From contig DASRGZ010000098.1 of the NCBI GenBank assembly GCA_035650735.1, positions 1 to 35,183 on the forward strand: DNA of 35,183 bases. The letters are read 5' to 3'. Shown in pieces: positions 1 to 8,854 of this stretch; position 1 is the stretch's first letter; each line of letters begins with the position of its first letter. This stretch comes from Chthonomonadaceae bacterium (GTDB taxonomy: Bacteria; Armatimonadota; Chthonomonadetes; Chthonomonadales; Chthonomonadaceae). The notes below the pieces were generated by a model. That model was given only the letters and a program-made list of their open reading frames with translations, was not told the DNA's origin and did no database searches. The translations under genes and the position numbers were made by a program.

Positions 1-193
1 TAGGCAGCAGGGCTGCCCCTAGAGAACGATGGTGACGCCCCTGGCGTTGTCAACGGGTATTCTGCCCGCGTCGGTGTCGCAAGGCGGAGGGCCGAATTAT
101 TGCAGGCCCGACCCTGGCAGTCAGCATGATCTCTGCCCACGCAGGTGGGCAAGCAGCCTGCTCCTGAAGGCTCAGGGCCACGCACGTTGCCTC

Positions 194-258
194 TTTTCTG
201 CCCACGTAGGTGGGCAGCGGGCCGCAGGCCCCACAGCGGCAGGGTTTAGCCTGCCGGG
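194..258 (+). repeat. REP-like repeat family B (CTGCCCACGTAGGTGGGCAG...GGCAGGGTTTAGCCTGCCGGG), copy 1
   Basis: Near-identical to 9965-10030 and similar to the reverse complement of 13310-13372; two internal hairpins; partial extra hairpin copy at 133-151. Confidence 0.85.
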
Positions 259-309
259 TAAGCCAGGCATTTCTGAGGTGGTCAGGTAAATGGGTGTAAG
301 GAGGGCAGT

Positions 310-1020
310 ATGCGTAAGGTGGGAATTCACTGGTCGGTGCTGACCATCGGAAACCTCTCGCGGAACCGCTTCTGGGGCGAGGATGAGAGTACAGCGCACC
401 GTGCGCCCCTTTGCACCGCGACACTGGTGCGGGCCGGCGACGCCGTTATCGTCGTGGACCCGCCGCTGCCGCCAGAGGAGATGCCTGCCCTGCTCGACCG
501 GCGCGCGGGCCTGAAGGTTTCCGACGTGACTCACGTCTACCTCACCCACTGCCACGGCGATCACCGCGTCGGATTGGAGGCGTTCCCGCAGGCGGCCTGG
601 CAGATGCCGGATCTGGAAGTGGAGTTCTGGCGCGAGCACCTGCCGGCGGGCGCCGCCGAGTGGGAACTGCTGACGCGCATCCTGCCGGTTGCCGCCGAGG
701 ATGCCCAGATCGCGCCGGGCGTGACGACGCTGCATCTGCCGGGACATACGCCGGGCCTGGCCGGATTGGCCTTTGACGACCGGGATGGCTTCCGCGTCGT
801 GATCGCCTCCGATGCCGTCATGACCCGCGACTTCTTTGAGGCCGGGGAGGGCTACTTCAACTCCTTTGACTTCACCCTCGCGGGCAAAAGCATAGATCGC
901 GTGCGCTCTGAGGCCGACATCATCGTTCCCGGCCACGATAACTACTTTATGCCACACGCCCTGGCCCCCTCCCACCTCAGAATGACAATGGGTTTCCGGC
1001 ACCCTCACACGAAGGAGTAA
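310..1020 (+). CDS. MBL-fold metallo-hydrolase
   Basis: THCHGDH (HxHxDH) motif, PGHTPG, ASDA and PGHD motifs; AAGGAGG RBS upstream. Confidence 0.9.
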   Translation: MRKVGIHWSVLTIGNLSRNRFWGEDESTAHRAPLCTATLVRAGDAVIVVDPPLPPEEMPALLDRRAGLKVSDVTHVYLTHCHGDHRVGLEAFPQAAWQMPDLEVEFWREHLPAGAAEWELLTRILPVAAEDAQIAPGVTTLHLPGHTPGLAGLAFDDRDGFRVVIASDAVMTRDFFEAGEGYFNSFDFTLAGKSIDRVRSEADIIVPGHDNYFMPHALAPSHLRMTMGFRHPHTKE

Positions 1021-1083
1021 GCAGTTGTTTGTGGTGCGGCAGCCATCTACCTCGGAATAACCCTGGGTTTGCGGCACCCCCAC
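974..1083. repeat. Two imperfect 35-bp direct repeats (974-1008, 1049-1083) separated by 40 bp; probable MITE-end remnants
   Basis: ACCTCAGAATGACAATGGGTTTCCGGCACCCTCAC vs ACCTCGGAATAACCCTGGGTTTGCGGCACCCCCAC, 29/35 identical by hand alignment; second copy is followed by CCTCTAG. Confidence 0.6.
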
Positions 1084-1110
1084 CCTCTAGAGTAGAGGAA
1101 GAGACGAACC

Positions 1111-2007
1111 ATGTCCCTGCCTACCGTTCCTTTTGGACGCACCGGCCTGACCGTAACGCGGCTTGGCATGGGTGGCTTTCCCTTCGGCGGCACTAATGCT
1201 GCGGCGGGATGGAACCCCTTCACGCCGGAGGGCCGCGCCACCGCCATTGCCACCATCCGGCGCGGCCTGGAGCTAGGCGTCAACTACTTCGATACCGCCC
1301 CCGGCTATGGCGACGGCAACTCCGAAAGCATCTACGGCGAGGCGTTGGAAGGCGTGACGGCCCCGTATACGCTGGCGACCAAATGCCCCTGGTCGGGCGT
1401 GGGCGCGGCGGAGGTCATCGGCAGCGTGGAGGCGTCGCTGCGGCGGCTGCGGCGCGAGGCGGTGGATGTCGTCCAGTTCCACGGCGGCATGTTCACGGAG
1501 GCCGATGCGCGGCATATCCTGCAAAACGGCCCGCTCGACGGCCTGGCGAAACTGCGTGAACAGGGTAAGGTGCGCTTTCTAGGCTTTACCTGCGAGGAGC
1601 CGTTCACCGCCCTACCCTTGCTTGCCTCCGGGGCCTTCGACGTGGTGCAGCTACGCTACAACCTCCTCAACCATCAGGCGGCGGAACATGCCTTGCCGAA
1701 GGCGAAAGAGGCGAACGTCGGCGTGGCCGTGATGCGCCCGATGACCAGCGGCATCTTACAGCGCATCCTCCGCTACCTCGCCCCAGAATGGATCGCCGCT
1801 CGCGACCCCTACGAGGTCTGTCTGGGCTTCGTCCTCTCCGATCCGCGTGTCCATACGGCGCTGGTCGGCGCGCGCTGGCCCCAGGAAGTCGAGCGCAACG
1901 TCCGCTTTGTCTCCACCTTCACGCCCCCGCTCGATCTCTCCGCCGTGCCCCTGCGCACCGCCGGTATCTACCAGGAGGAGGACCGGCAGGCTGCCGGGCG
2001 TTCCTGA
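1111..2007 (+). CDS. Aldo/keto reductase
   Basis: GRTGLTVTRLGMG, GVNYFDTAPGYG..SE, LATK, SLRRL..DVVQFH AKR motifs. Confidence 0.93.
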   Translation: MSLPTVPFGRTGLTVTRLGMGGFPFGGTNAAAGWNPFTPEGRATAIATIRRGLELGVNYFDTAPGYGDGNSESIYGEALEGVTAPYTLATKCPWSGVGAAEVIGSVEASLRRLRREAVDVVQFHGGMFTEADARHILQNGPLDGLAKLREQGKVRFLGFTCEEPFTALPLLASGAFDVVQLRYNLLNHQAAEHALPKAKEANVGVAVMRPMTSGILQRILRYLAPEWIAARDPYEVCLGFVLSDPRVHTALVGARWPQEVERNVRFVSTFTPPLDLSAVPLRTAGIYQEEDRQAAGRS

Positions 2008-2050
2008 CCGCATCAGGAAGGCCGCTCCCCTGGAGAGCAGGAGAGGAAAA

Positions 2051-2581
2051 ATGCGCAAAGTAATGTTTGGGGTTGGCAATAGCCTGGATAACTACATCGC
2101 CCGTAGAGACGATGAAGTGGACTGGCTGCTTTGGGGCGAGGAGGTGGCTGCCGTCACCAGAGAATTCTGGAAGACAATTGACACAGTTGTGATGGGCCGA
2201 AAAACTTACGAGGTCGCGCTGCGTAGCGGCATGACCTCGTATCCGGGCGTGAAAAACTAGGTGTTTTCACGTACGATGAAGGAAAGCCCCGACAAAGAAG
2301 TGGAAATCGTTTCGGAAGATGCCGCCGCGTTTGTCCGCGAGTTGAAAAGCCAGGAAGGCAAAGGCATCTGCGTGATGGGGGGCGGTGAGTTGGCGAAATC
2401 GCTTTTCGAGGCCAACTTGATTGATGAGATCGGCTTGAACATTCATCCCGTTTTGCTCGGCTCGGGCATCCCGCTTTTCCTCGAAATGGAATGCCAGATA
2501 GATTTAGAACTGCTTGACTGCAAAACGTTTACAAACGGCTGTGTGTTGGTAATGTATCGAGTGAAAACGGGAAGCATGTAA
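2051..2581 (+). pseudogene. Dihydrofolate reductase-like (RibD C-terminal domain) protein with in-frame TAG at 2258-2260
   Basis: MRKV..SLDNYIAR, MGRKTYE, GGGELA, LIDEI..HPVLLGSGIPLF all in one frame; the only interruption is KN-TAG-VFSRT, where this family typically has Tyr. Confidence 0.85.
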
Positions 2582-2614
2582 GTTGACGGTCCGTTTGCAC
2601 AGAGGGGCAGAACA

Positions 2615-3109
2615 ATGACCGCGCAAATCCAACCGATCCAATCTCATCAGATTGGGGAGGCAAAGCGGATCATCGCCGAGGTCAACCTCGAACTCTGGCA
2701 ACTGCCACTCACCCTGGAGGAATTGCTAGCCGGTTGGGAGGAGGAAGGTGTTCTCCAGGACATAGATAACGTGTAAGCCCACTACCTGGATAACGGCGGT
2801 CTCTTTCTCGTTCTGGTGGATGAGGGGCGGGTTGTTGGCATGGGAGGCATCCGGCGCTTGGAGGACGACACCTGCGAACTCAAGCGAATGTGGTTTTTGC
2901 GGGAATATCGTGGGCAAGGTTTAGGGCGACAGATGGCTCAGAGGCTGCTTGATTTCGCCAAGCAGCAGGGCTACACCAGGGTCAGGTTGGATATGGTCAA
3001 TACGGAAGTGCAGGCGCAGGCTCTGCGGCTCTATGAACGGTTGGGCTTTTACTTCATTGAACCCTACCATGATAGTTCTTGTGCGGTCTTTATGGAAAAA
3101 GTGCTTTGA
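2615..3109 (+). pseudogene. GNAT family N-acetyltransferase with in-frame TAA at 2774-2776
   Basis: ATG 2615 after AGAGGGG; frame reads ...LQDIDNV*AHYLDNGGLFLV...ELKRMW..YRGQGLG (acetyl-CoA motif A)..LYERLGF. Confidence 0.85.
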
Positions 3110-3127
3110 TGCCAAAGCAGAAGAGCA

Positions 3128-3223
3128 GCCTAACCATCGCTTGTAGCGGACAGACTGTAGCTCAACCCTCCAACCAGTTCAAACCAGCCTTGCGGCCTGT
3201 CTACTGCAAGCGGGTCGTTATAT
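3128..3223 (+). mobile_element. attC-like integron cassette recombination site (solitary, probably degenerate)
   Basis: GCCTAAC (RYYYAAC) 3128-3134 and GTTATAT 3217-3223; inverted arms CGCTTGTAGCGGACAG / CTGTCTACTGCAAGCG; 5-nt and 6-nt R-L spacers; 96 bp; begins 19 nt after the GNAT stop. Confidence 0.6.
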
Positions 3224-3300
3224 CGACACGGCGAGGAAGGTACAGGCAGTTCGAGTTGGTGTTGCTGCCGCATTCGGCGGCATTGATCAGTTGATTACGC

Positions 3301-3329
3301 TTGACATCTGCCGGTCTCCATCGTATATT
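3301..3329 (+). promoter_or_regulatory. Sigma70-type promoter of the TA operon
   Basis: TTGACA-17 nt-TATATT, 35 nt before the antitoxin ATG. Confidence 0.75.
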
Positions 3330-3364
3330 GTGAGCGATACCAATGGAAATGAGGGAAGCAGCCA

Positions 3365-3607
3365 ATGTCGCAAACAGTAGAAGCTATATTTGATGGAGAG
3401 GTTTTCAGACCGGAAACACCGCTTGATTTGCGCCCGAATACACGCTACCGGATTACGATAGAAAGCCTGGCAGATACTTCTGAGGCAGATGTCTGGACGC
3501 TGTTAGGCAACCTGACCGGTTCCATTGAGGCCCCGGCAGATTGGGCCAGTGAACATGATCACTACCTATATGGGACGCCCAAATGCCAACAAAAAGCCGG
3601 CGAGTAA
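3365..3607 (+). CDS. Putative antitoxin (AF2212/DUF104-like)
   Basis: MSQTVEAIFDGEVFRP N-terminus and DWASEHDHYLYG C-terminal motif typical of PIN-associated antitoxins; directly upstream of a PIN gene. Confidence 0.75.
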   Translation: MSQTVEAIFDGEVFRPETPLDLRPNTRYRITIESLADTSEADVWTLLGNLTGSIEAPADWASEHDHYLYGTPKCQQKAGE

Positions 3608-4025
3608 GCGCAGAGCGTCTGTTGATAGACACGGCGTTCATTCAGGCGCTTCTCAATCGGCATGACCGGTATCACGCTATCGCCGTCAACTTGTTCTCGC
3701 GTGTGCAGGCAGCGCGCGAAGCCTGGATAACCGAGGCGGTCTTACTGGAAGTCGGTAATGCCTTAAGCGTCCTCAACCGTCAAGCCGCCAGCGACTTTAT
3801 CCGTCAGTGCTACACGACTGCCAATATGCATGTTGTACAAATAGAAACTCCCTTGCTATTGCGCGCCCTCGACTTTACCAAGCTCGCCCGGATAAGACAT
3901 GGAGCCTGACTGATTGCCTGTCCTTTCTGGTGATGCAGGAGCAAGGACTTACCGAAGCCCTAACGACAGACCATCATTTCCAGCAGGCAGGCTTTCGTGC
4001 TTTAATGCTGGAAAGCGAACCTTAA
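3604..4025 (+). pseudogene. VapC/PIN-domain toxin, frameshifted near 3874-3876
   Basis: LIDTAF..D.YH..TEAVLLE in one frame, then YQARPDKTWSLTDCLSF..ALTTDHHFQQAGF in the -1 frame; start uncertain (GTA 3604 or ATG 3583). Confidence 0.85.
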
Positions 4026-4044
4026 TGGGATAAGGAATGAGGAG

Positions 4045-5091
4045 ATGACAATACGCTGGGGCATTCTCGGCTGTGGTAAAGTAACTGAGGTCAAGAGCGG
4101 GCCGGGATTTCAACTGGCGGAGGGCAGCCGCCTGGTGGCGGTGATGCGACGCACCAGCGCTCTGGCGGAAGACTACGCCCGCCGCCATAACGTGCCGCGC
4201 TGGTACGACCGGGCCGACGCCCTCATCCACGACCCGGAGGTGGATGCGGTCTATATCGCCACGCCGCCCGGCTCCCATCTGGAATACGCCCTGCAAGTCT
4301 GCGCAGCCGGGAAGCCCGCCTACGTGGAAAAGCCGATGGCCCGCAACTACGCCGAGTGCCGGCGCATGGTGGCGGCGTTCACGGAGGCGAAGCTGCCGCT
4401 GTTCGTCGCCTACTATCGCCGGGGCCTGCCCCGGTTCAACCAGGCTAAAGCGCTGGTCGAATCCGGGCGGCTCGGTCAGATCACGGGCGTCTGCTACCGC
4501 TATGCCGGCCCCTCGACGCGCCCAGCCAATCCCCAGGAACTTCCCTGGCGGCTGGTGGCGGAGCAATCCGGCGGCGGCCTGTTCCTTGACCTGGGCTGTC
4601 ACACGCTGGACATCCTCGACTATATTCTGGGCCCGCTGGAGGACGTGGAAGGCACGGCAGCCAACGTCGCTTCGCCGTATGACGTGGAAGACGCGGTCGC
4701 CATGCGCTTCCGTCTGCCTTCCGGGGGATTGGGCATCGCCTCCTGGAACTTTGCCAGCGGCGTCCACGAAGATACGATTGAGATCTTCGGCTCGGAAGGC
4801 CGCCTCTCCCTCTCGACGTTCGGCAATGAGCCGCTGCAACTGGAGACGGCGCACGGGCGCGAGACGTTCGATCGGCCCAACCCGCCGCATATTCAGCAGC
4901 CGCTCATCCAGACCATCGTGGATGAGCTTCAGCGGAAGGGGCGTTGCCCCAGCACTGGCCTCTCCGCCGCGCGCACCAGCCGCGTAATGGATATCGTCCT
5001 GGAAGGGTATTATGGAGGGCGCAGCGACGCCTTCTGGGACAGACCGCATACCTGGCCCGGTCGGAAGGTTTCGCCAAGTTCAATACAATAA
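4045..5091 (+). CDS. Gfo/Idh/MocA family oxidoreductase
   Basis: IRWGILGCG Rossmann motif, VYIATPP..H, VEKPMA, GGGLFLDLGCHTLD. Confidence 0.93.
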   Translation: MTIRWGILGCGKVTEVKSGPGFQLAEGSRLVAVMRRTSALAEDYARRHNVPRWYDRADALIHDPEVDAVYIATPPGSHLEYALQVCAAGKPAYVEKPMARNYAECRRMVAAFTEAKLPLFVAYYRRGLPRFNQAKALVESGRLGQITGVCYRYAGPSTRPANPQELPWRLVAEQSGGGLFLDLGCHTLDILDYILGPLEDVEGTAANVASPYDVEDAVAMRFRLPSGGLGIASWNFASGVHEDTIEIFGSEGRLSLSTFGNEPLQLETAHGRETFDRPNPPHIQQPLIQTIVDELQRKGRCPSTGLSAARTSRVMDIVLEGYYGGRSDAFWDRPHTWPGRKVSPSSIQ

Positions 5092-5263
5092 GGCCCCCTC
5101 CCCCAATTCTAGGGGAGGGGAGAGGGAGAAGCCGGGTCACCCCCTTCCCTGTGAGCGAAGCAAACGCATCAGGGAAGGGGGACGGGGAGGATTGCGCCAA
5201 AAAGAGTCATTTTGTCCCGACGAAAAGCAAACGCATCAGGGAAGGGGGACGGGGGGCTAGGTT
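5092..5263. repeat. REP/MITE-like palindrome family A (CCCCCTTCCC...GGGAAGGGGG), with an internal 30-bp direct repeat
   Basis: AGGGAGAAGCCGGGTCACCCCCTTCCCT is the exact reverse complement of part of the 29907-30069 element; AAGCAAACGCATCAGGGAAGGGGGACGGGG at 5158-5187 and 5225-5254. Confidence 0.85.
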
Positions 5264-5298
5264 AATCAGAGCCATCAATAAGGAGCAGAACAGGCAAT

Positions 5299-6390
5299 AT
5301 GGATACGGCGATCAGAGAGCGCGAGAGGCTGGAGGCGACTCCGGTAAAGCGTACCGGCATCATTGACTGCGACGTACACCCCGGCCCGAAGAGTCATGAC
5401 GAGATACGGGCGCACATGACGCTGCCCTTCCGGGACCGCTGGAACGGCGGCGGGCGCGGCTTCTTCGGCAATCCGGTGCACGGGGCGCGGCTGGACTCGT
5501 TCCCCCCGAACGGCGGCGGTCCTGGCGCCGACCCGGATTTCCTGCGCAAGCAGCTGATCGAGGAGTTCGGCATCGCGCACGCCATCCTGCTGCCCCGCGC
5601 CTTCTGCAACCTCCAGCCCGACCCCGACTTCGGCACGGCCATCGCCGCCGCCTTTAATGACTGGCTGGCCGAGACCTGGCTGGACAAATACAATCCCGAC
5701 GGCGTTTTCAAAGGCTCTATCACCGTCGCGCATCAGGACCCGCAGGCCGCCGCCCGCGAGATCGAGCGCTGGGCGGGCCATCCCCACTTCGTCCAGGTGA
5801 TGACCGACTCTGGGGCGCGCGCTCCCTTCGGCCAGCGGCAATACTATCCCATCTACGAGGCGTGCGCGCGGCATAACCTGCCCTTTGCCATCCATCCCGG
5901 CACCGACGGCATGGGCATCAACATCCAGCCATCGCCGGGCTACCCGACCCATTATATCGAGTGGCACACCTGCCTCTCGCTAGGCTTCCAGGCGCATCTG
6001 GTCTCCCTGCTCACGGAGGGCGTCTTCGAGAAGTTTCCCAACTTCCGGGTCGTGCTCGTCGAGGGCGGCACGGCCTGGCTGCCCGGCCTGATGTGGCGGC
6101 TGGACGCCGAGTGGAGGGCGCTGCGCTCCGAGGTTCCCTGGGTCAAGCAGCGCCCCTCCGCCTACCTGCGCGATCACGTCCGCCTGACGACTCAGCCTCT
6201 GGAACGGCCTGACAGGGATGAGGACCTGCTCAAGATGCTGGAGATGATGGATGCAGAACACCTGCTGATGTTCTCCTCCGACTACCCGCACTGGGACTTC
6301 GACTCGCCCGCTCACGCCTTCCCCAAACTCCCGGAATGCCTCCACCGGCGCCTCTTTGAGACGAACGCGCGGGAATGGTACGGGCTGTGA
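5299..6390 (+). CDS. Amidohydrolase family protein (amidohydro_2-like)
   Basis: IIDCDVH, AIHP, FEKFPNFRVVLVEGG, MFSSDYPHWD motifs; AAGGAG RBS. Confidence 0.9.
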   Translation: MDTAIRERERLEATPVKRTGIIDCDVHPGPKSHDEIRAHMTLPFRDRWNGGGRGFFGNPVHGARLDSFPPNGGGPGADPDFLRKQLIEEFGIAHAILLPRAFCNLQPDPDFGTAIAAAFNDWLAETWLDKYNPDGVFKGSITVAHQDPQAAAREIERWAGHPHFVQVMTDSGARAPFGQRQYYPIYEACARHNLPFAIHPGTDGMGINIQPSPGYPTHYIEWHTCLSLGFQAHLVSLLTEGVFEKFPNFRVVLVEGGTAWLPGLMWRLDAEWRALRSEVPWVKQRPSAYLRDHVRLTTQPLERPDRDEDLLKMLEMMDAEHLLMFSSDYPHWDFDSPAHAFPKLPECLHRRLFETNAREWYGL

Positions 6391-6391
6391 A

Positions 6392-6480
6392 ACCTAACCC
6401 CCGGCCCCCTTCCCTACAAGGGAAGGGGGTGACCCGTCTTCTCCCTTCACCTTGAGAAGGAGAGGGGCCGAGGGTGAGGT
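6392..6480. repeat. REP/MITE-like palindrome family A copy
   Basis: ACCTAACCCCCGGCCCCCTTCCCTACAAGGGAAGGGGGTGACCCGTCTTCTCCCT nearly identical to the start of the 29907-30069 element. Confidence 0.85.
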
Positions 6481-6548
6481 CTGCTGTGGGTGAAGAGAGC
6501 CTGTACGGGAATTATGCAATCGGAATGGATATTAGGAGGCGGAGAGCG

Positions 6549-6968
6549 GTGGCGAAGTATGTCGTGGGCACGGTGACAGAGATCCCGCCGGGCCAGCGCA
6601 AGATCGTGGAGGTGGAGGGGATCTCCATCGGCGTGTTCAACGTGCGCGGGGCTTACTACGCGCTGCGCAACCGCTGTCCCCACCAGGGCGGGCCGCTCTG
6701 CCTGGGCAGCGTGAAGGGAACGGCGCTGCCCTCCGCGCCGGGGGAATATCTCTGGGCGCGGGAGGGCGAGATACTGCGCTGCCCGTGGCACGGCTGGGAG
6801 TTCGACCTGCTGACGGGCCGCTCCCTCTGCAACCCGCACAAAGTCCACGTCCGCGCCTACGAGGTGAGCGTGGAGCCGGGCGCGGGGCACCCCGCCGAGG
6901 AGGAAGACCCATCGGTGGACACGTTCCCGGTGACGGTAGAGGCTGACCGGGTGGTGCTACACCTTTAG
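6549..6968 (+). CDS. Rieske [2Fe-2S] ferredoxin-like protein
   Basis: CPHQG and CPWHGW ligand motifs; GTG start at 6549 after AGGAGG. Confidence 0.9.
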   Translation: MAKYVVGTVTEIPPGQRKIVEVEGISIGVFNVRGAYYALRNRCPHQGGPLCLGSVKGTALPSAPGEYLWAREGEILRCPWHGWEFDLLTGRSLCNPHKVHVRAYEVSVEPGAGHPAEEEDPSVDTFPVTVEADRVVLHL

Positions 6969-7795
6969 CGCTGCGCGGCGGCCAGCAGCTCGCGGGTGGC
7001 CGGATCGAGCGAGGGGATGGCGCTCAGGAGGCGGCGCGTGTACTCCTCACGCGGGCTATCGAAGATCTGATCCACCGTGCCGCGCTCCACGATCCGGCCT
7101 GCCTCCATCACGGCGACCTCGTCGGCCAGGTAGCCGACCACGTCCAGGTTGTGCGTGATGAACAGGTAGGTCAGGCCGAACTCGCGCTGTAGGCGGCGCA
7201 GCAGATTGAGCACCTGGCTCTGGACGGAGACATCCAGGGCGCTGGTCGGCTCGTCCAGCACGATGAAGCTCGGTTCCACGGAGAGGGCGCGGGCAATGGC
7301 GATGCGCTGCCGCTGCCCGCCCGAAAACTCGTGCGGGTAGCGCTCCAGCGCGTCGGCTCCCAGGCCAACCTGCTCCAGCAGCAGGGCCGCCCGGTCGCTG
7401 CGCTCCGCCGCGCTCTTGCCGATGCGGTGGACGATCATGCCCTCCGTCAGCGTCTCGCGCACGGTCATGCGCGCGTTGAGCGAGGCGTAAGGGTCCTGAA
7501 ACACCACCTGCATCTGGCGGCGCAGCGCGCGCCGTTCCCTGCCCTTGCGGTCGGAGAAGGGTCGGCCCTCATAGAGAATCTCCCCGGAGGTCGGCTCCAG
7601 CAGGTCCAGCAGCATCAGCCCGACCGTGCTTTTGCCGGAGCCGCTCTCCCCCACCAGCGCCAGCGTCCTGCCGTGCGGGATGTCGAAGCTGACCCCATCC
7701 ACCGCGATCTTCCAGGCCTTCGGCGCGAATAGCCCTTTACGCAGCGGAAACCGTTTGTACAGGTCGCGTACCGAGATCAGCGGGTCTTCTCTCAT
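6965..7795 (-). CDS. Oligopeptide/dipeptide ABC transporter ATP-binding protein (OppF/DppF-like)
   Basis: GESGSGKST, YPHEFSGGQRQR, VLDEPTSALD. Confidence 0.93.
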   Translation of the reverse strand: MREDPLISVRDLYKRFPLRKGLFAPKAWKIAVDGVSFDIPHGRTLALVGESGSGKSTVGLMLLDLLEPTSGEILYEGRPFSDRKGRERRALRRQMQVVFQDPYASLNARMTVRETLTEGMIVHRIGKSAAERSDRAALLLEQVGLGADALERYPHEFSGGQRQRIAIARALSVEPSFIVLDEPTSALDVSVQSQVLNLLRRLQREFGLTYLFITHNLDVVGYLADEVAVMEAGRIVERGTVDQIFDSPREEYTRRLLSAIPSLDPATRELLAAAQR

Positions 7796-8853
7796 GAGGC
7801 GGCCTCCGGCTCGGATGCGCGAGCGCTCAGACGTTCCGCCGTGGCGAGGGGCACCGCATCGTGATTCGGGCGGTCGGCGATGGCGGGGTCGTAGAGATGG
7901 CAGCGCACGGCCCGTTCCGGCCCGGTCGTCAGATACCGGGGCGCGATCTGGGCGCAGGTCTGCCAGCGGAAGGGGCAGCGCGGCTCAAAGCGGCACGCGG
8001 GCGGCCAGTTGGTCGCCTGCGGCACCGTGCCCTGCAAGCTCAGCAGATCGCGGCCTCGCTGCGCCCGCGAGGGCAGGCTGGCGAACAGCCCTTTCGTATA
8101 GGGGTGCTGTGGATTGCCGAAAAGCTCCCTGGTCGGGGCCGATTCGACGATCTGCCCGGCATACATCACCGCCACATGGTTAGCCACCTTCGCCACGATG
8201 CCCAGGTCGTGCGTGATCAGCAGAACGGCCATGCCCGTTTCCCGCTGAAGCTCGCCAATCAGTTCCAGAATCTGGGCCTGGATGGTCACGTCCAGCGCCG
8301 TCGTCGGCTCGTCGGCGATCAGAAGCTGGGGATTGTTGGCCAGGGCCATGGCGATCATGACGCGCTGGCGCATGCCGCCGGAAAGCTCATGCGGATACTG
8401 CCGGAGGGCCTGGTGGGGATCGCTCAAGCCCACCCGCGCCAGCAGGTCCTCCGCGCGCCGGCGCGTGGCCCCGTTATTGGGCGCGCCGTGGACGACCATC
8501 GCCTCTATCATCTGCGTGCCGATGGTAAACGTGGGGTTCAGGCTGGTCATCGGCTCCTGGAAGATCATGGCGATATCGCGGCCCCGTATCTCGCGCATCT
8601 GGCTCCAGGTGTAGTCCAGCAGGTCCACGCCATTAAAGAGGACGCGCCCGCTCTCGATATAGCCCGCCGGCTCCGGCACAAGCTGCAAGAGCGAGAGGGC
8701 GGTCATGGATTTGCCGCAGCCCGACTCGCCCACCAGCGCCATCGTCTCCCCTTTGTCGAGGGTGAAGCTGACGCCGTCCACCGCACGGGCAATGCCGTGC
8801 GGGGTGCTGAAGTAGGTACGCAGGTCTTCCACCTGTAACAAGGGAACGGCCAC
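7792..8853 (-). CDS. Oligopeptide/dipeptide ABC transporter ATP-binding protein (OppD/DppD-like)
   Basis: [31 protein letters not shown]-terminal CRFEPRC...C...RCH; GTG start at 8853 next to the upstream stop. Confidence 0.92.
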   Translation of the reverse strand: MAVPLLQVEDLRTYFSTPHGIARAVDGVSFTLDKGETMALVGESGCGKSMTALSLLQLVPEPAGYIESGRVLFNGVDLLDYTWSQMREIRGRDIAMIFQEPMTSLNPTFTIGTQMIEAMVVHGAPNNGATRRRAEDLLARVGLSDPHQALRQYPHELSGGMRQRVMIAMALANNPQLLIADEPTTALDVTIQAQILELIGELQRETGMAVLLITHDLGIVAKVANHVAVMYAGQIVESAPTRELFGNPQHPYTKGLFASLPSRAQRGRDLLSLQGTVPQATNWPPACRFEPRCPFRWQTCAQIAPRYLTTGPERAVRCHLYDPAIADRPNHDAVPLATAERLSARASEPEAAS

Positions 8854-8854
8854 G

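Noticed and set aside
974..1083. Possible mini CRISPR array (35-bp repeats, 40-bp spacer)
   Set aside because: Only two copies with 6 mismatches, no cas genes or leader, and an inverted partial copy upstream; fits MITE ends better
2258..2260. Amber recoding (pyrrolysine or stop reassignment) in the DHFR-like gene
   Set aside because: TAG ends normal genes here (6966-6968, 18155-18157, 18796-18798), the expected residue is Tyr (one substitution away), and the neighbouring gene is broken by TAA
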